A stretch of 64,000 nt of DNA, taken from an uncultured Actinomycetes bacterium. Its GTDB lineage: Bacteria > Actinomycetota > Thermoleophilia > RBG-16-64-13. Of this stretch, positions 53,643 to 64,000 are shown one piece after another (position 1 is the stretch's first letter; each line of letters opens with the position of its first letter). The DNA is taken from NCBI GenBank assembly GCA_963841735.1, contig CAWJDT010000001.1, positions 1,632,001 through 1,696,000 on the forward strand, in the 5' to 3' direction. A program made the position numbers and the translations under genes. The notes below the pieces were generated by a model, which did not search any database, had not been told where the DNA came from, and saw only the letters and a list, made by a program, of their open reading frames with translations.

Positions 53643-54968
53643 GTGAGGATCACGGCTATCAGCATGGCTTCGTTGGCTGTCGAGGTCGAGGCGCTCCGTC
53701 CGCCCGCGGCGGCGGAGCGCGCCGTGGCCGAGGTGGTGGCGGCCCTGCTGGCGGATGTGCGTGTCCGAGGCGATGCCGCCTTGGTGGAGGCGACGGCTCG
53801 CTTCGATTGGCCCGAGGCCGACGTGGCCACGTTGACCGTGTCGACAGAGGAGCTCGAGGCCGCCTATAAGGAGATCACTCCTGCGCTTCTGGCCGCGCTG
53901 GAGACCGCGCGCGACAACAGCACCTTCTTCCACCGTCACGAGCTGCGGCTCGACTGGGAGGCGACCGGACCGCAGGGGCAGAGGCTGGGCATACGCTACC
54001 TGCCGGTGGCTCGGGCCGGGCTGTACGTGCCCGGAGGCTTGGGTGCCTATGCCTCCACGGTCATCATGAACGCCGTCCCGGCCCTGGTAGCGGGGGTGAC
54101 GGAGCTGATCATCTGCACGCCCCCGGGGCGCGACGGGAAGGTCAATCCTTCGGTTCTCGCGGCCGCTCGTCTCATGGGCATCGACAGGGTGTTCCGCGTG
54201 GGCGGGGCGCAGGCGGTGGCCGCCATGGCCTACGGCACCGAGACCATCCCCCAGGTGGACGTCATCTGTGGCCCGGGCAATGCCTATGTCATGGAGGCCA
54301 AGCGGCAGGTGTTCGGGGCGGTGGGCATAGACAACTTGGCCGGTCCCAGCGAGGTGATCGTGGTGGCCGACCGCACCGCCCGGCCCGAGTGGGTGGCGGC
54401 CGACCTGTTGGCCCAAGAGGAGCATGGTAGTGGAGCTTCTGCTCTGCTGGTGGCTGAGAGCGAGGTGCTGTGTCGCGAGGTGGACCAAGCTTTGGAGGGG
54501 CTCCGCGGCGACGCTGGTCGGGCGACGCCGCCGGGCGCAGCGTCGCGGCTCACAGCCTTCTACCCGTTGGCGGGCCATGACTTTCTGGAGCTGGCGGCCG
54601 CGGTGGTCGATACCTATGCGCCGGAACACTTGGAGATCCAGGTGGCCGACGCCCGCGGCTTCCTGGACCGCATCCGGTCGGCGGGCGCGGCCTTTATAGG
54701 GCCGCTTACCCCTACGGCCTTCGGCGACTACGTAGCGGGCAGTAATCATGTGCTTCCCACCGGTGGTTCGGCCCGGTTCGCCTCGGGATTGTCCGTTGAC
54801 ACCTTCATGCGCCGGTCGTCTCACGTGGAGATCACAGAAGCCGCGGCGTGGCTTCTGACTCCGCATTTAGCGGCGCTGGCCGATAGTGAGGGTTTCACTT
54901 TCCACCGAGTGTCGGCGGAGGTCCGTGTGCCGCCGGGCGAAGAAGGCCTTGGAGGTCTCGTTTCCTAG
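53643..54968 (+). CDS. hisD: Histidinol dehydrogenase
   Basis: GLYVPGG, GGAQAVAA, GPGNAYV, AGPSE, APEHLE, GDYVAGSNHVLPT. Confidence 0.96.
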   Translation: MRITAISMASLAVEVEALRPPAAAERAVAEVVAALLADVRVRGDAALVEATARFDWPEADVATLTVSTEELEAAYKEITPALLAALETARDNSTFFHRHELRLDWEATGPQGQRLGIRYLPVARAGLYVPGGLGAYASTVIMNAVPALVAGVTELIICTPPGRDGKVNPSVLAAARLMGIDRVFRVGGAQAVAAMAYGTETIPQVDVICGPGNAYVMEAKRQVFGAVGIDNLAGPSEVIVVADRTARPEWVAADLLAQEEHGSGASALLVAESEVLCREVDQALEGLRGDAGRATPPGAASRLTAFYPLAGHDFLELAAAVVDTYAPEHLEIQVADARGFLDRIRSAGAAFIGPLTPTAFGDYVAGSNHVLPTGGSARFASGLSVDTFMRRSSHVEITEAAAWLLTPHLAALADSEGFTFHRVSAEVRVPPGEEGLGGLVS

Positions 54969-55135
54969 CCGGCGACCCTTTACAGCTCGGCGCCGGCCGG
55001 CGGTCTTCCAGGCCGCGTCGTAGCCCACCAAGATTCCGACAGCGGCGGCGAATCGGCGTCTCGTCATGCTGGTTCTTTGACTCCCAGTGGTTCTCGCGGG
55101 AGCGGGCCCATGCGGATTCTCCCCGGGGTTCGTCT
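54965..55135 (-). ncRNA. Candidate structured ncRNA between hisD and hisB
   Basis: Minus-strand TTGACA at 55164-55169, several helices by manual folding, 3' hairpin gccggcg/cgccggc; family not recognised. Confidence 0.35.
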
Positions 55136-55272
55136 AACTCGCGATATCTACAAGACGGACGGGTGTCAAGAAGATGGGTGACTGAAGACGGCCGGCCTCG
55201 AAGTCTGACCAAGTAGCGAACACAGTCGCTATGCTATGCTCGACGCCCGAACACCGTTCCCTGGAGGAGACA

Positions 55273-55896
55273 GTGCAGCCCGATAGCTCTCCGCAGCCCC
55301 CGACTCAGAAGGTGCGTATCGCCGCCGTGAAGCGGGATACCCGCGAGACCAGTGTGGCGGTCGAACTGGGTCTGGACGGGTCAGGTACAGCGACCGTCTC
55401 GACCGGTCTGGGCTTCTTCGACCACATGTTGGAGTTGTTCGCCGGGCACGGTCTTTTCGATCTAAGGGTGGAAGCGACCGGCGACCTCAAGACCGGGGGA
55501 CATCACACCGTGGAAGACGTGGGCATCTGCCTGGGCGCGGCGCTGGCCGAGGCGGTGGGCGATAAGCGTGGCATCAGCCGCTACGGCAGCATGTTCACTC
55601 CCATGGACGAGTCGCTTGTCTTGGTCGCGCTGGACTTGAGCGGTCGTCCTTACTTCGCCTACGACGGGGGGCCGATAGGCGAGAACATCGCCGGGTTCGA
55701 CTCCGGCCTGGTCTCGGAATTCCTCAGGGCAGTGGTAAATCACGCACGCATGACCCTGCACGTGCGCGTATTGGCCGGCGGCGACACTCACCACACAATA
55801 GAGGCGGTCTTCAAGGGCTTTGGCAAGGCTCTGCGCCAGGCCGTCTCCCTCGACCCGCGCTCGGGCGCCATCCCCTCGACCAAAGGGGTCTTGTGA
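55273..55896 (+). CDS. hisB: Imidazoleglycerol-phosphate dehydratase
   Basis: FFDHML, HHTVEDVG, PMDE, HHTIEAVFK, PSTKGVL; GGAGGAG RBS. Confidence 0.97.
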   Translation: MQPDSSPQPPTQKVRIAAVKRDTRETSVAVELGLDGSGTATVSTGLGFFDHMLELFAGHGLFDLRVEATGDLKTGGHHTVEDVGICLGAALAEAVGDKRGISRYGSMFTPMDESLVLVALDLSGRPYFAYDGGPIGENIAGFDSGLVSEFLRAVVNHARMTLHVRVLAGGDTHHTIEAVFKGFGKALRQAVSLDPRSGAIPSTKGVL

Positions 55897-56531
55897 TCGG
55901 GTCCCGTTCGCTGTACATCGTGGATTACGGCGCCGGCAACCTGCGCTCGGTCCAGAAGGCGTTTGAGCATGTGGGTGTAGAGGCCGAGATCGGTGCCGAT
56001 CCCCGTGCTATCGAACATGCTCCCGCGCTGGTGCTGCCTGGAGTGGGCGCGTTCGGCGCCGCCATGGCGCAACTGGAGAGCATGGGGCTGGCGGAGCCGC
56101 TGCGCCTGCGCATCGCGGCCGGGGTGCCTTTTCTGGGTGTCTGCCTGGGGCTGCAGGTGCTCTTTGAGGGCAGCGAGGAAGACCCAGGCGCGGCCGGTTT
56201 GGGGGTCATCCGGGGAGACGTGCGCGCTCTACCCGCAACTGTAAAGGTGCCGCATATCGGCTGGAATCAGGCCGAGGAGTGCACGTGCTCCGACCTGTTC
56301 GACGATATCCCGGAGGGCTCCGCTTTCTACTTCGTCCACAGCTACGCCGTTGTGCCCCGTTCTCCCGGTGACGTGCTTACCATGACCGACTACGACGGCG
56401 TCACCTTCGTCTCGGCCATCGAGGTGGACAACGTGGTGGGTGTGCAGTTCCATCCCGAGAAGTCGAGCACCCTGGGACTGCGTTTCTACCGCAACTTCGC
56501 CCGCCGGGCAGGATTGGTTGCCGGCTCATGA
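55893..56531 (+). CDS. hisH: Imidazole glycerol phosphate synthase, glutaminase subunit
   Basis: [40 protein letters not shown]. Confidence 0.97.
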   Translation: MIGSRSLYIVDYGAGNLRSVQKAFEHVGVEAEIGADPRAIEHAPALVLPGVGAFGAAMAQLESMGLAEPLRLRIAAGVPFLGVCLGLQVLFEGSEEDPGAAGLGVIRGDVRALPATVKVPHIGWNQAEECTCSDLFDDIPEGSAFYFVHSYAVVPRSPGDVLTMTDYDGVTFVSAIEVDNVVGVQFHPEKSSTLGLRFYRNFARRAGLVAGS

Positions 56532-57293
56532 GACTCCTACCTGCCATCGACATCCGGGGGGGCCGTTGCGTGCGTCTACGCAAGGGTGACTTCGCCGACG
56601 AGACCGTCTTTGGTGACGATCCGGTGGCCATGGCCGAGCGGTGGGTGCAGGAGGGAGCCCGCTACCTGCACGTGGTCGACCTGGACGGCGCGAGAGAGGG
56701 AGAGCAACGGAACTTCACCTTGGTACGCGCCATCGCCGAGGCTGTGTCCATACCGGTGCAGACCGGGGGAGGCATCCGAGCTGAGACGGCTCTGCGGGCC
56801 ATCGCCGAGAGCCGGGTGGCCAAAGCGGTACTGGGGACGAGCGCCGTGGAGGACGAGGCTTTTCTGGAAAGGGCGCTCACCGTCTTGGGGCCGGAGCGCG
56901 TGGTAGTGGCCGTGGATGCCGAAGAAGGCTTTGTAAAGACAAAAGGCTGGCTGGAGCGGAGCGACGTGCGCGTGCTCGATCTGGCTCTGCGGCTCGAAGA
57001 GCTTGGGAGTGCTCGAGGTGCTCTACACCGACATCAGCAAGGACGGCATGATGCAGAGCGTAGATCTCACCGGCATCAGGGAACTGGCCGAATCGAGCGG
57101 ACTACAGATCATCGCCTCAGGCGGGGTGACGAGTCTGGACGATCTGAGGGCCATCGGGGCGCTGGAGCCGCTGGGCGTCACCGGTGTCATCGCCGGCCGG
57201 GCCTTGTACGAGGGGCGTTTCACGGTGGCCGAGGCCTTGGCGGTGCTGGACGCGCCTTTCAGCGCAGCTGCCGGCAGGGAGGACGGTCGCTGA
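56528..57293 (+). CDS. hisA: ProFAR isomerase (frameshift ~57005)
   Basis: [26 protein letters not shown]; then [19 protein letters not shown] in a shifted frame. Confidence 0.94.
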
Positions 57294-58063
57294 TGTTGCT
57301 CAAGCGCATCATCCCCTGTTTGGACGTGGACCAGGGCCGGGTGGTCAAAGGCACCAACTTCGTCGACATCCGCGATGCCGGCGACCCGATAGAGTTGGCG
57401 GCCCGCTACGACCGCGAAGGGGCCGACGAGGTGGTGTTTCTCGACATCACCGCATCACACGAGAAGCGCGACACCATAGTCGAGCTGGCCCGGCATTGCG
57501 CCGAGGAGCTCTTCATACCGTTCACCATCGGCGGCGGAATCCGCAGTGAGGACGACGTCCGCGCCCTGCTGGCGGCGGGCGCCGACAAGGTCTCGCTGAA
57601 CTCGGCGGCCATCAAAGACCCGGATCTGATTTCCGCGTGCGCCCGCCGGTTCGGCTCCCAGTGTGTGGTCATCGCCATAGACGCGAAGCGGACGGCAGGG
57701 GTGGGGACGGAGCCGCGCTGGGAGGCGTACCTCAACGGCGGCCGCATCGCCACGGGCCTGGACGCAGTGGAGTGGGCGGCCCGGGTGGTGGCTCTGGGGG
57801 CCGGCGAGATCCTGCTCACCTCCATGGACCGGGACGGCACCAAGGACGGGTACGACCTGGAATTGACCTCTGCCGTGGCCGCCGCGGTCAACGTGCCGGT
57901 CATCGCCAGTGGCGGAGCGGGGACACTCGATCACCTGGTGGAAGTGGTGCAACGGGGCGGGGCCGACGCCGTTTTGGCGGCATCGATCTTCCACTTCGGC
58001 GAGTACTCCATCCGGCAGGCCAAGGAGCACATGGAGGCGGCGGGGATACCTGTGCGTCTCTGA
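57293..58063 (+). CDS. hisF: Imidazole glycerol phosphate synthase, cyclase subunit
   Basis: [35 protein letters not shown]. Confidence 0.97.
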   Translation: MLLKRIIPCLDVDQGRVVKGTNFVDIRDAGDPIELAARYDREGADEVVFLDITASHEKRDTIVELARHCAEELFIPFTIGGGIRSEDDVRALLAAGADKVSLNSAAIKDPDLISACARRFGSQCVVIAIDAKRTAGVGTEPRWEAYLNGGRIATGLDAVEWAARVVALGAGEILLTSMDRDGTKDGYDLELTSAVAAAVNVPVIASGGAGTLDHLVEVVQRGGADAVLAASIFHFGEYSIRQAKEHMEAAGIPVRL

Positions 58064-58118
58064 CCTAGACTGGGGTGTGGGCAGGAACAGCGGCCTGTCT
58101 GGTAGAATAAGGTCCTGC

Positions 58119-59323
58119 ATGAGGTTCATTGAGACATCAGAAGTGCGCACGTGGCGCTTTTGTATACGGACATCTCTTGATTATCGCGGCGGTTGTGGCG
58201 CTCGTGTTGTTTGCCGCCCTGCCCCTCTTCTCCCCGGCCGAAGGCGCCACCCTAAGGGACCAACTGGCTCTAAAGCAGGCAGCTCTGGACGATGCCTACG
58301 CTGAACTTGACTCCTTCCAGGAGGAGTTGGACCAGTTGGCCGAGGAGCACACTACGGGTGAGATCCGCCTTGACGCCATCATGTCCGACATCAATGACGT
58401 GGAGAACGAGATCGCCCTCTCCCAGAGGGATATGAAGATAGCCCAGGCTCAACTGGAGGACCGACTGGTCGGTCTCTACAAGGACGGGTACTCCGCGGCC
58501 TCCTCTCAGCTATCTCGAGATCCTCTTTGACGGAGGCGACATCGTTTCTGTGATGGAACGGTTCTCCCTGGTCAGCAGGATGGCCGACCAGGACCAGGAT
58601 CTCTTCGATACGGTCAAGAGCTACCTGGAGAAGTCTCAGGAAGACCAGGCGCTCCTGGAGGAGAAGAAGGCGGAGCAGACCGCCCAGCTACAGGAGATCG
58701 GGGCGTTGCAGCAGGATGCCAGCGACAAGTTCTCGGAGTCGGCCGCCCAGTATCAGCGGGTCACGCGGCAGATCAGCGCCTCGAAGGAAGAGATCCGCAA
58801 GGCCGACGCGGCGGCCGCCAAGGCCGCGGCCGAGAAACGGGCCCGCGAGCTGGCCGCGAAGTGTCGCAGCGAAGAAGAACAACAGCAGCGGCGGCGGCTC
58901 GGTCATGCCCTGGTCGTTCGTCTTCCCGGTCAAGGGGGCGTGCAGCTTCATCGATAGCTGGGGCGCTTGGCGCTCCGGCGGGCGCACGCACAAGGGCACC
59001 GACGTCATGGCGGCCCAGGGGACTCCGCTGGTGGCGTGCGTCATCCGGCACCATCTCGAGCGCCAGCTTCTCCGACTCGGGGCTGGGAGGCATCAGCCTC
59101 CATCTGCGGGGCTCCCACAACGACGTTTGGTACTACGCCCACCTCGTGCAGTATCGCCGATGGCATCAAGCCGGGCGTGTCGGTGAGCGCCGGCCAGGTC
59201 ATCGGCTACGTAGGTGACACGGGCAATGCCAAGGGCGGCGCCTATCATCTGCACTTCGGACTCACCTTGAACGGCTCCGCCATCAACCCATACTCGACCC
59301 TCAGGTCGGCTTCGGGGACGTAG
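58119..59323 (+). CDS. Secreted coiled-coil + M23 peptidase, copy 1 (several frameshifts)
   Basis: Signal peptide ending AEGA; long coiled coil; [25 protein letters not shown]. Confidence 0.85.
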
Positions 59324-59410
59324 TCCCCGCCGGGAGCCCGGGCCCCAGGCGGCGGTCATTCCGCTTGCACTGGCTTTGGCGCTGACTCGTCTGCTAGAAT
59401 CAGACTCCCT

Positions 59411-60615
59411 ATGGGCCTATTCGGTACATCGGAAGCGCGCACAAGGCGCATCTGGGGGTGGGTCACCCCGGTATTCGCGGCGACTCTGCTGCTTGTGTTG
59501 TCTTGCCGCCCTGCCCCTCTTCTCCCCCGCCGAAGGCGCCACCCTCAAGCAGCAACTGGCGCTCAAGCAGAGCGCGCTCAACAAAGCGTACGCTCAACTG
59601 GACGCGCTCCAGGACGAATTGGACGGTCTGGCCGAGCAGTACAACGCTGCCGAGGTGAAGCTGGCCGGCATCGACGCCGGCATCAACGACGTGCAGAACG
59701 AGGTCGCCCGGTCTGAGAGGGACAAGGAACATCGCCCAGGCTCAATTGGAGGAGAGGTTGGTCGGCCTGTACAAGGACGGCTACTCCAACGAGTCCTCGC
59801 GCTACCTGGAAGTGCTGTTCGCCGAGACCGATATTGTCGCAGTGCTCGATCGCTTCGACATGATGAGCAAGATCGCCGACCAGGACCAGGAACTCTTCAC
59901 CCAAGTAGCCCAGTATCTGGACGAATCCAAGGTGAACGAGACCACTCTGCAGCAGAAGAGGCAGGAGCAGACGGACCAGTTGGCGCAACTCGGCACTCTG
60001 CAGGAGCAGATGAACGAGAGGATCTCGGAGTCGGCCGGGCAATACAAGCGGCTCAAGAGTCAAGTGATCGCCTTGAAAGAAGAGATACGCAAGGCCGACG
60101 CCGCGGCAGCTGCCGCGGCGGAGGCGGCGCGCGCTAGGGCCCGGGCGGCCGCCGCAGCAGCCAAGAAGCCTTCGGGCGGTAGCAGCGGTGGCGGCGGCGG
60201 TGCAGTGCAGCCCGGCGCCTTCGTCTTTCCAGTCGCCGGACCACACAGTTACATCAACTCCTGGGGAGCACCCCGTTCGGGCGGGCGCTCTCACCAGGGC
60301 TGCGACATCATGGCGGCCAGGGGCACTCCCTTGGTGGCGTGTGTCAGCGGCATCATCAGCAGTACTTCGTGGAACCAGTCGTTGGGGGGCGTGACCATCC
60401 ATCTGAAAGCAAACGGCACCACCTACTACTACGCGCACCTGGACAGCATCGCCGGAGGCATCAGGGGCGGTGTGTCGGTGTCCGCCGGCCAAGTGATAGG
60501 CTATGTGGGCAACAGCGGAAACGCTTCCGGTGGCGCCTGTCACCTCCACTTTGAGATCCGGCCGGGAGGGTCACCTGTCAATCCCTACGCGACCCTCCGC
60601 GCTGCCGACGGGTAG
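59411..60615 (+). CDS. Secreted coiled-coil + M23 peptidase, copy 2 (frameshifts ~59500, ~59730)
   Basis: Paralogue of the previous gene; [23 protein letters not shown]. Confidence 0.87.
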
Positions 60616-60770
60616 CGCCCCCGAGGGTGGTCTCGGTTGCGACCACGCGTGTATCCCGGTAGCCGATTCTCGGGAGTCTCAGGAAGTCACATCAGGGCCT
60701 GTGCGGGCGCGGTGGATCATGTCATCTACTGCCCCTACCGGGCGGTAGCGAATCGTAAGGAGTGAGGGGA

Positions 60771-62849
60771 ATGAGATCAGGCAAGAGGGAGCTGGTGGCT
60801 ATCATCGCGGTCGTCCTGGCGATGGTCACGCTGGCGGCGATGGCCGCGGTGTTGGCGGGCTGCGGCAAAGATGCAGAAGAGCCGGCTACGACCACGACGG
60901 TATCCGCCGTGACCGTGACGACCACTCCGGGCAAGACCGTCGCCGCGGGGGAGACCTGGGAAATCGCGGAGACCACAAGCCTGACCTCCCTCACCGTGGC
61001 CGAGGGCGCGATCATATCCGCCCCCGAGGGCAAGTCCGTGACCCTCACCGTTGACGGGGTGGAGACCGGGCAGGTGTTGGCCTCCACCGACGGATACGAC
61101 CTTGTGTTTGTGCCGGCCACTTACGCCGGCGATGTGGTGCTCACTGTTACCGATGCCAACCCGGTGGAGTACGTGGCGGCGGGATCAGACTCGACGCCCA
61201 TCGTGTCGCTCTTCCGCCAGGCGATCTGCGTAGATTCCAGCGGCTTCGTGGCGGCCAAGTCGGTCGTCGCGGCGGTCATTGGCGGTCAGCCGTCCGCGGA
61301 CATGGCCGAGGGGCTGGAGATCACCTCAACCGGCGATTGTTTCAACGCGGTCTATGCGGCCGGCAGCTACACCCTGGAGGATGTGGATATCGATCTCACC
61401 GGCAATGCCCGTAGCGACTTCTCCGGCTACGGCGCGGCCATAGTGGCCACGGGACAGGGCACCAGGCTGGTTGTCGACGGATCGCAGATCCGCACCCAAG
61501 GCGTGGCCAGGGCCGCCGTGGTTGTGACCAACGGCGCGGATGTAGTCGTCAAGAACTCGGACATACAGACCAGCAGCGGCGAGTTGCCCGTTGGCTATCA
61601 GCCCACCGTCGATACTGCAATGATGCGGTCCGCGCCCTGGATGCTGGGTCTGTCCGGCAACGTTCGCGCGACTAACCTGCTGGGCGCCGGCAGCACAGCG
61701 AGCTACATCAACTCGAGCATCTCTTCCGACGGTTGGGGAGCGCTCTCCACCGACAGCTGTACCAGCCCGATTCTCACGGCCATCGACTGCGCCATCTCCG
61801 TCACCGGTGAGGATGGATATGGCTCGTACGGCATCGGCGATGCCACCGAGTATCTCCTTGGCTGCGAGATGAACGTCGCCTCCTATGCGACCATCAGCCG
61901 AGGTAGCTTTCTGTTCTATGGCGACAGCACGCCAGAGAAGGTGGCGCAGCTTAACCAGGACCTGGGTCTGGGCTTGACCGAAGAGGAATTGGCCGCTATC
62001 CCGAACCTGCCCACCACGGTCGAGTCCCAGCGCTTCGGCATCATGTGGCACGGCGGCGGCACTCTGGACGTCAGTGGCGGCACGGTGTTCAACACCAAAG
62101 AGACCACCTTCCTCGACAAAGGCCAGGCCATCAAGATCACGGTAGATGGTACTGAGGGCGCCCAGCTCAACCCCGAGAACGGGGTGATCATGCAGTTGAT
62201 GGACGACGACGATGCCGGTCCGGATGTCACCACCATGTTCAACACGGGCGTCTATAACGAACCCACGACACCGGCTGAGCTGGATACCACGCACGATCTG
62301 GGCCGGGTGGGAGACACCGATGCCCAAGCTACATTTGCCAACATCACGTTGACGGGCGACTTCTACAACTCCACTCGCGGCGGCGCGCCCGCTTCCGCGG
62401 GCGCGCCCACCGGCGCTGCTCCCGTATTGCCCGCTGGCGGCACGACTTTGCCCGTGGTTGATACCACCGCGCTTGCGGGCGGGACCACCGCCTCGACCAG
62501 CACCTCCATGAATCTATGTCTCACCTTCGACAGCTCCCATATCACCGGGATCATCTCGGCCTGCACCGCGAGGCACGCCAAGACCACCATAACCGCGGCC
62601 GACTACAAGCTGCTGGGCACTGTCACCAATACACCCGCTCCGGCCGTCAACAACGGCGTGGTTGTCGTGCTCATGAACAACGCCAACTGGACGGTGACCG
62701 GCGATTCCTACGTCAGCAGCCTCACCATTGGTGAGGGCTGCGCGGTGTCTGCCGCATCGGGCAAGACCCTTGTCATGACGGTCAATGGGGTGGAAACGCC
62801 CATCGCACCGGGGGTCTACACCGGCAACATCGCACTGGCGGTGAAGTAG
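60771..62849 (+). CDS. Large hypothetical lipoprotein, probably beta-helix rich
   Basis: Lipobox LAGC, Thr-rich linker, repetitive beta-strand pattern; intact frame. Confidence 0.8.
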   Translation: MRSGKRELVAIIAVVLAMVTLAAMAAVLAGCGKDAEEPATTTTVSAVTVTTTPGKTVAAGETWEIAETTSLTSLTVAEGAIISAPEGKSVTLTVDGVETGQVLASTDGYDLVFVPATYAGDVVLTVTDANPVEYVAAGSDSTPIVSLFRQAICVDSSGFVAAKSVVAAVIGGQPSADMAEGLEITSTGDCFNAVYAAGSYTLEDVDIDLTGNARSDFSGYGAAIVATGQGTRLVVDGSQIRTQGVARAAVVVTNGADVVVKNSDIQTSSGELPVGYQPTVDTAMMRSAPWMLGLSGNVRATNLLGAGSTASYINSSISSDGWGALSTDSCTSPILTAIDCAISVTGEDGYGSYGIGDATEYLLGCEMNVASYATISRGSFLFYGDSTPEKVAQLNQDLGLGLTEEELAAIPNLPTTVESQRFGIMWHGGGTLDVSGGTVFNTKETTFLDKGQAIKITVDGTEGAQLNPENGVIMQLMDDDDAGPDVTTMFNTGVYNEPTTPAELDTTHDLGRVGDTDAQATFANITLTGDFYNSTRGGAPASAGAPTGAAPVLPAGGTTLPVVDTTALAGGTTASTSTSMNLCLTFDSSHITGIISACTARHAKTTITAADYKLLGTVTNTPAPAVNNGVVVVLMNNANWTVTGDSYVSSLTIGEGCAVSAASGKTLVMTVNGVETPIAPGVYTGNIALAVK

Positions 62850-62977
62850 GGCTCACAGGAAGCGGGGCCGCTCCGGTGCCACCGGGAGCTCCATTATCTT
62901 GGCCGCCCGGTGATCGGGAGGGTACTCGCACGCTCGCACGGCGATGGGATAATGGGGGCAGCGCACAAGGAGGTGGC

Positions 62978-63964
62978 ATGAAGACGTCCCTGGTGGACAG
63001 GGGTGCGGTGGAGCGCCTGCTGCTGTTAGTCGGGGCTCTCGATTCGGGTCTGATCGATGCGCTTGTCGGCGGTCACGCGCTCACGGCGGCAGGGGTCTCG
63101 CGATCGGCCTCGCTCGATGCCCGGGCTACCGGCGTGATTCTGGAGGCTTTGGCGGCCATAGGGGTGGTGGACAGGCTCCCGGCGGCTCCGATGGACGCGC
63201 CTGGCGAGAGTGAGGCTCTGTACCGGCTTTCGTCGCTGGGCAGGGCTCATCTGGTCGACGAAGGGCCGGAGTTTGAGAGAGCGGGGCTACTGCACCAGGT
63301 CAACAAGATGCGCGGGTGGCTTGAGTTGCCTGCGGTGATCCGTAGTGGAGAGCCTTCACCTCGAGGCATGGCACGCCACGACGTGCGCAGTCGCACGCTG
63401 GCCATGGGAGAGAGGGACCCCGCGGCGCTGGACGAGATCGTAGAGCGTTGTTTTGCTTACGCTGGGACCGTGCGTACCATGGTCGACGTGGGTGGGGCCG
63501 CGGGCCACGTGGCCCGCCGGTTCGGGCTGCTTGGGGCCGAGGCCACGCTGTTCGATCGGGAGGAAGTGATCGCGGTGGCCAGGGAGGCCCTGGGTCGCGA
63601 CGCCGGCGGCATGACGCTGCTCGCAGGCGACTACACGGAGGCGCTGCCGGCGGGGCCGTTCGACTTGGTGTACTTTGGCAACGTCTACTACGTGTACAGC
63701 CGGGAGACTAACCAGCGGGTTACGCGCGATGCCTTCGCCATCGCCACCCCCGGGGGGACGGTGGCTATCCAAGGGTACCTACGGGGCAGGAGTACCGAGG
63801 CGGCTCTGTTTGCGGTCAACATGCTGCGTTCCGCTAGGGATGGCGAGGTGTGGAGTGAGGCCGACTACCGCGAGTGGCTGGAGGGGGCAGGCTTCGCGGA
63901 CGTCATGGTGATCGATCTGGAGATGGCGCGCTCGTCTCTCATACTGGCGCGGCGTCCGCGATAG
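62978..63964 (+). CDS. Class I SAM-dependent O-methyltransferase with N-terminal dimerisation/wHTH region
   Basis: VDVGGAAG, LFDR, AGDY, FDLV, PGG, LEGAGF; AAGGAGG RBS. Confidence 0.88.
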   Translation: MKTSLVDRGAVERLLLLVGALDSGLIDALVGGHALTAAGVSRSASLDARATGVILEALAAIGVVDRLPAAPMDAPGESEALYRLSSLGRAHLVDEGPEFERAGLLHQVNKMRGWLELPAVIRSGEPSPRGMARHDVRSRTLAMGERDPAALDEIVERCFAYAGTVRTMVDVGGAAGHVARRFGLLGAEATLFDREEVIAVAREALGRDAGGMTLLAGDYTEALPAGPFDLVYFGNVYYVYSRETNQRVTRDAFAIATPGGTVAIQGYLRGRSTEAALFAVNMLRSARDGEVWSEADYREWLEGAGFADVMVIDLEMARSSLILARRPR

Positions 63965-63967
63965 GTG

Positions 63968-64000
63968 ATGGAGCAGGTTTACGTCGGGCGGGTTGCGGGC
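63968..64000 (+). CDS. Start of next ORF, truncated by window edge
   Basis: ATG (MEQVYVGRVAG) 3 nt after the methyltransferase stop, AGGT upstream. Confidence 0.4.
   Translation, partial: MEQVYVGRVAG

Noticed and set aside
55214-55260. LexA (Cheo) boxes before hisB
   Set aside because: gaac-N3-gttc and cgaacacagtcg deviate from GAAC-N4-GTTC; the tagcga/tcgcta dyad alone is weak.

Overview
High-GC bacterial chromosomal window (roughly two-thirds GC by eye), mostly housekeeping. Gene content (DtxR-type regulator, SLH and CWB2 cell-wall anchors, many lipoproteins, Fe-S proteins) suggests a Gram-positive-type, probably deep-branching actinobacterium such as Thermoleophilia; this is inference only. 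It carries the 3' part of acnA, IclR plus an exported MBL hydrolase, crcB with a clear fluoride riboswitch, a pabB-pabC fusion, an Rrf2-metY-cysK-ThiF sulfur cluster, four cell-wall hydrolases, leuCDB, STAS/PP2C, a 7-PAS hybrid kinase plus a REC-GGDEF cyclase, DtxR-feoAB, ilvE-cimA, dnaE and hisD/hisBHAF. Many genes are split by single-base indels that cluster in patches, most likely assembly errors. No CRISPR array, rRNA, complete tRNA or transposase/integrase was seen. Best leads: (1) a candidate ~170-nt structured antisense ncRNA with its own TTGACA promoter in the slot where hisC normally sits; (2) a ~2-kb micro-island (47.9-49.9 kb) bracketed by two 24-27 bp hairpins of similar architecture, holding a decayed Phd-VapC pair, a HEPN-like orphan, attC-like remnants and a tRNA-3'-end-like scar; (3) sigma-28-like promoters upstream of two autolysins and the PAS kinase/DGC operon. 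All rest on visual pattern recognition and need computational confirmation.
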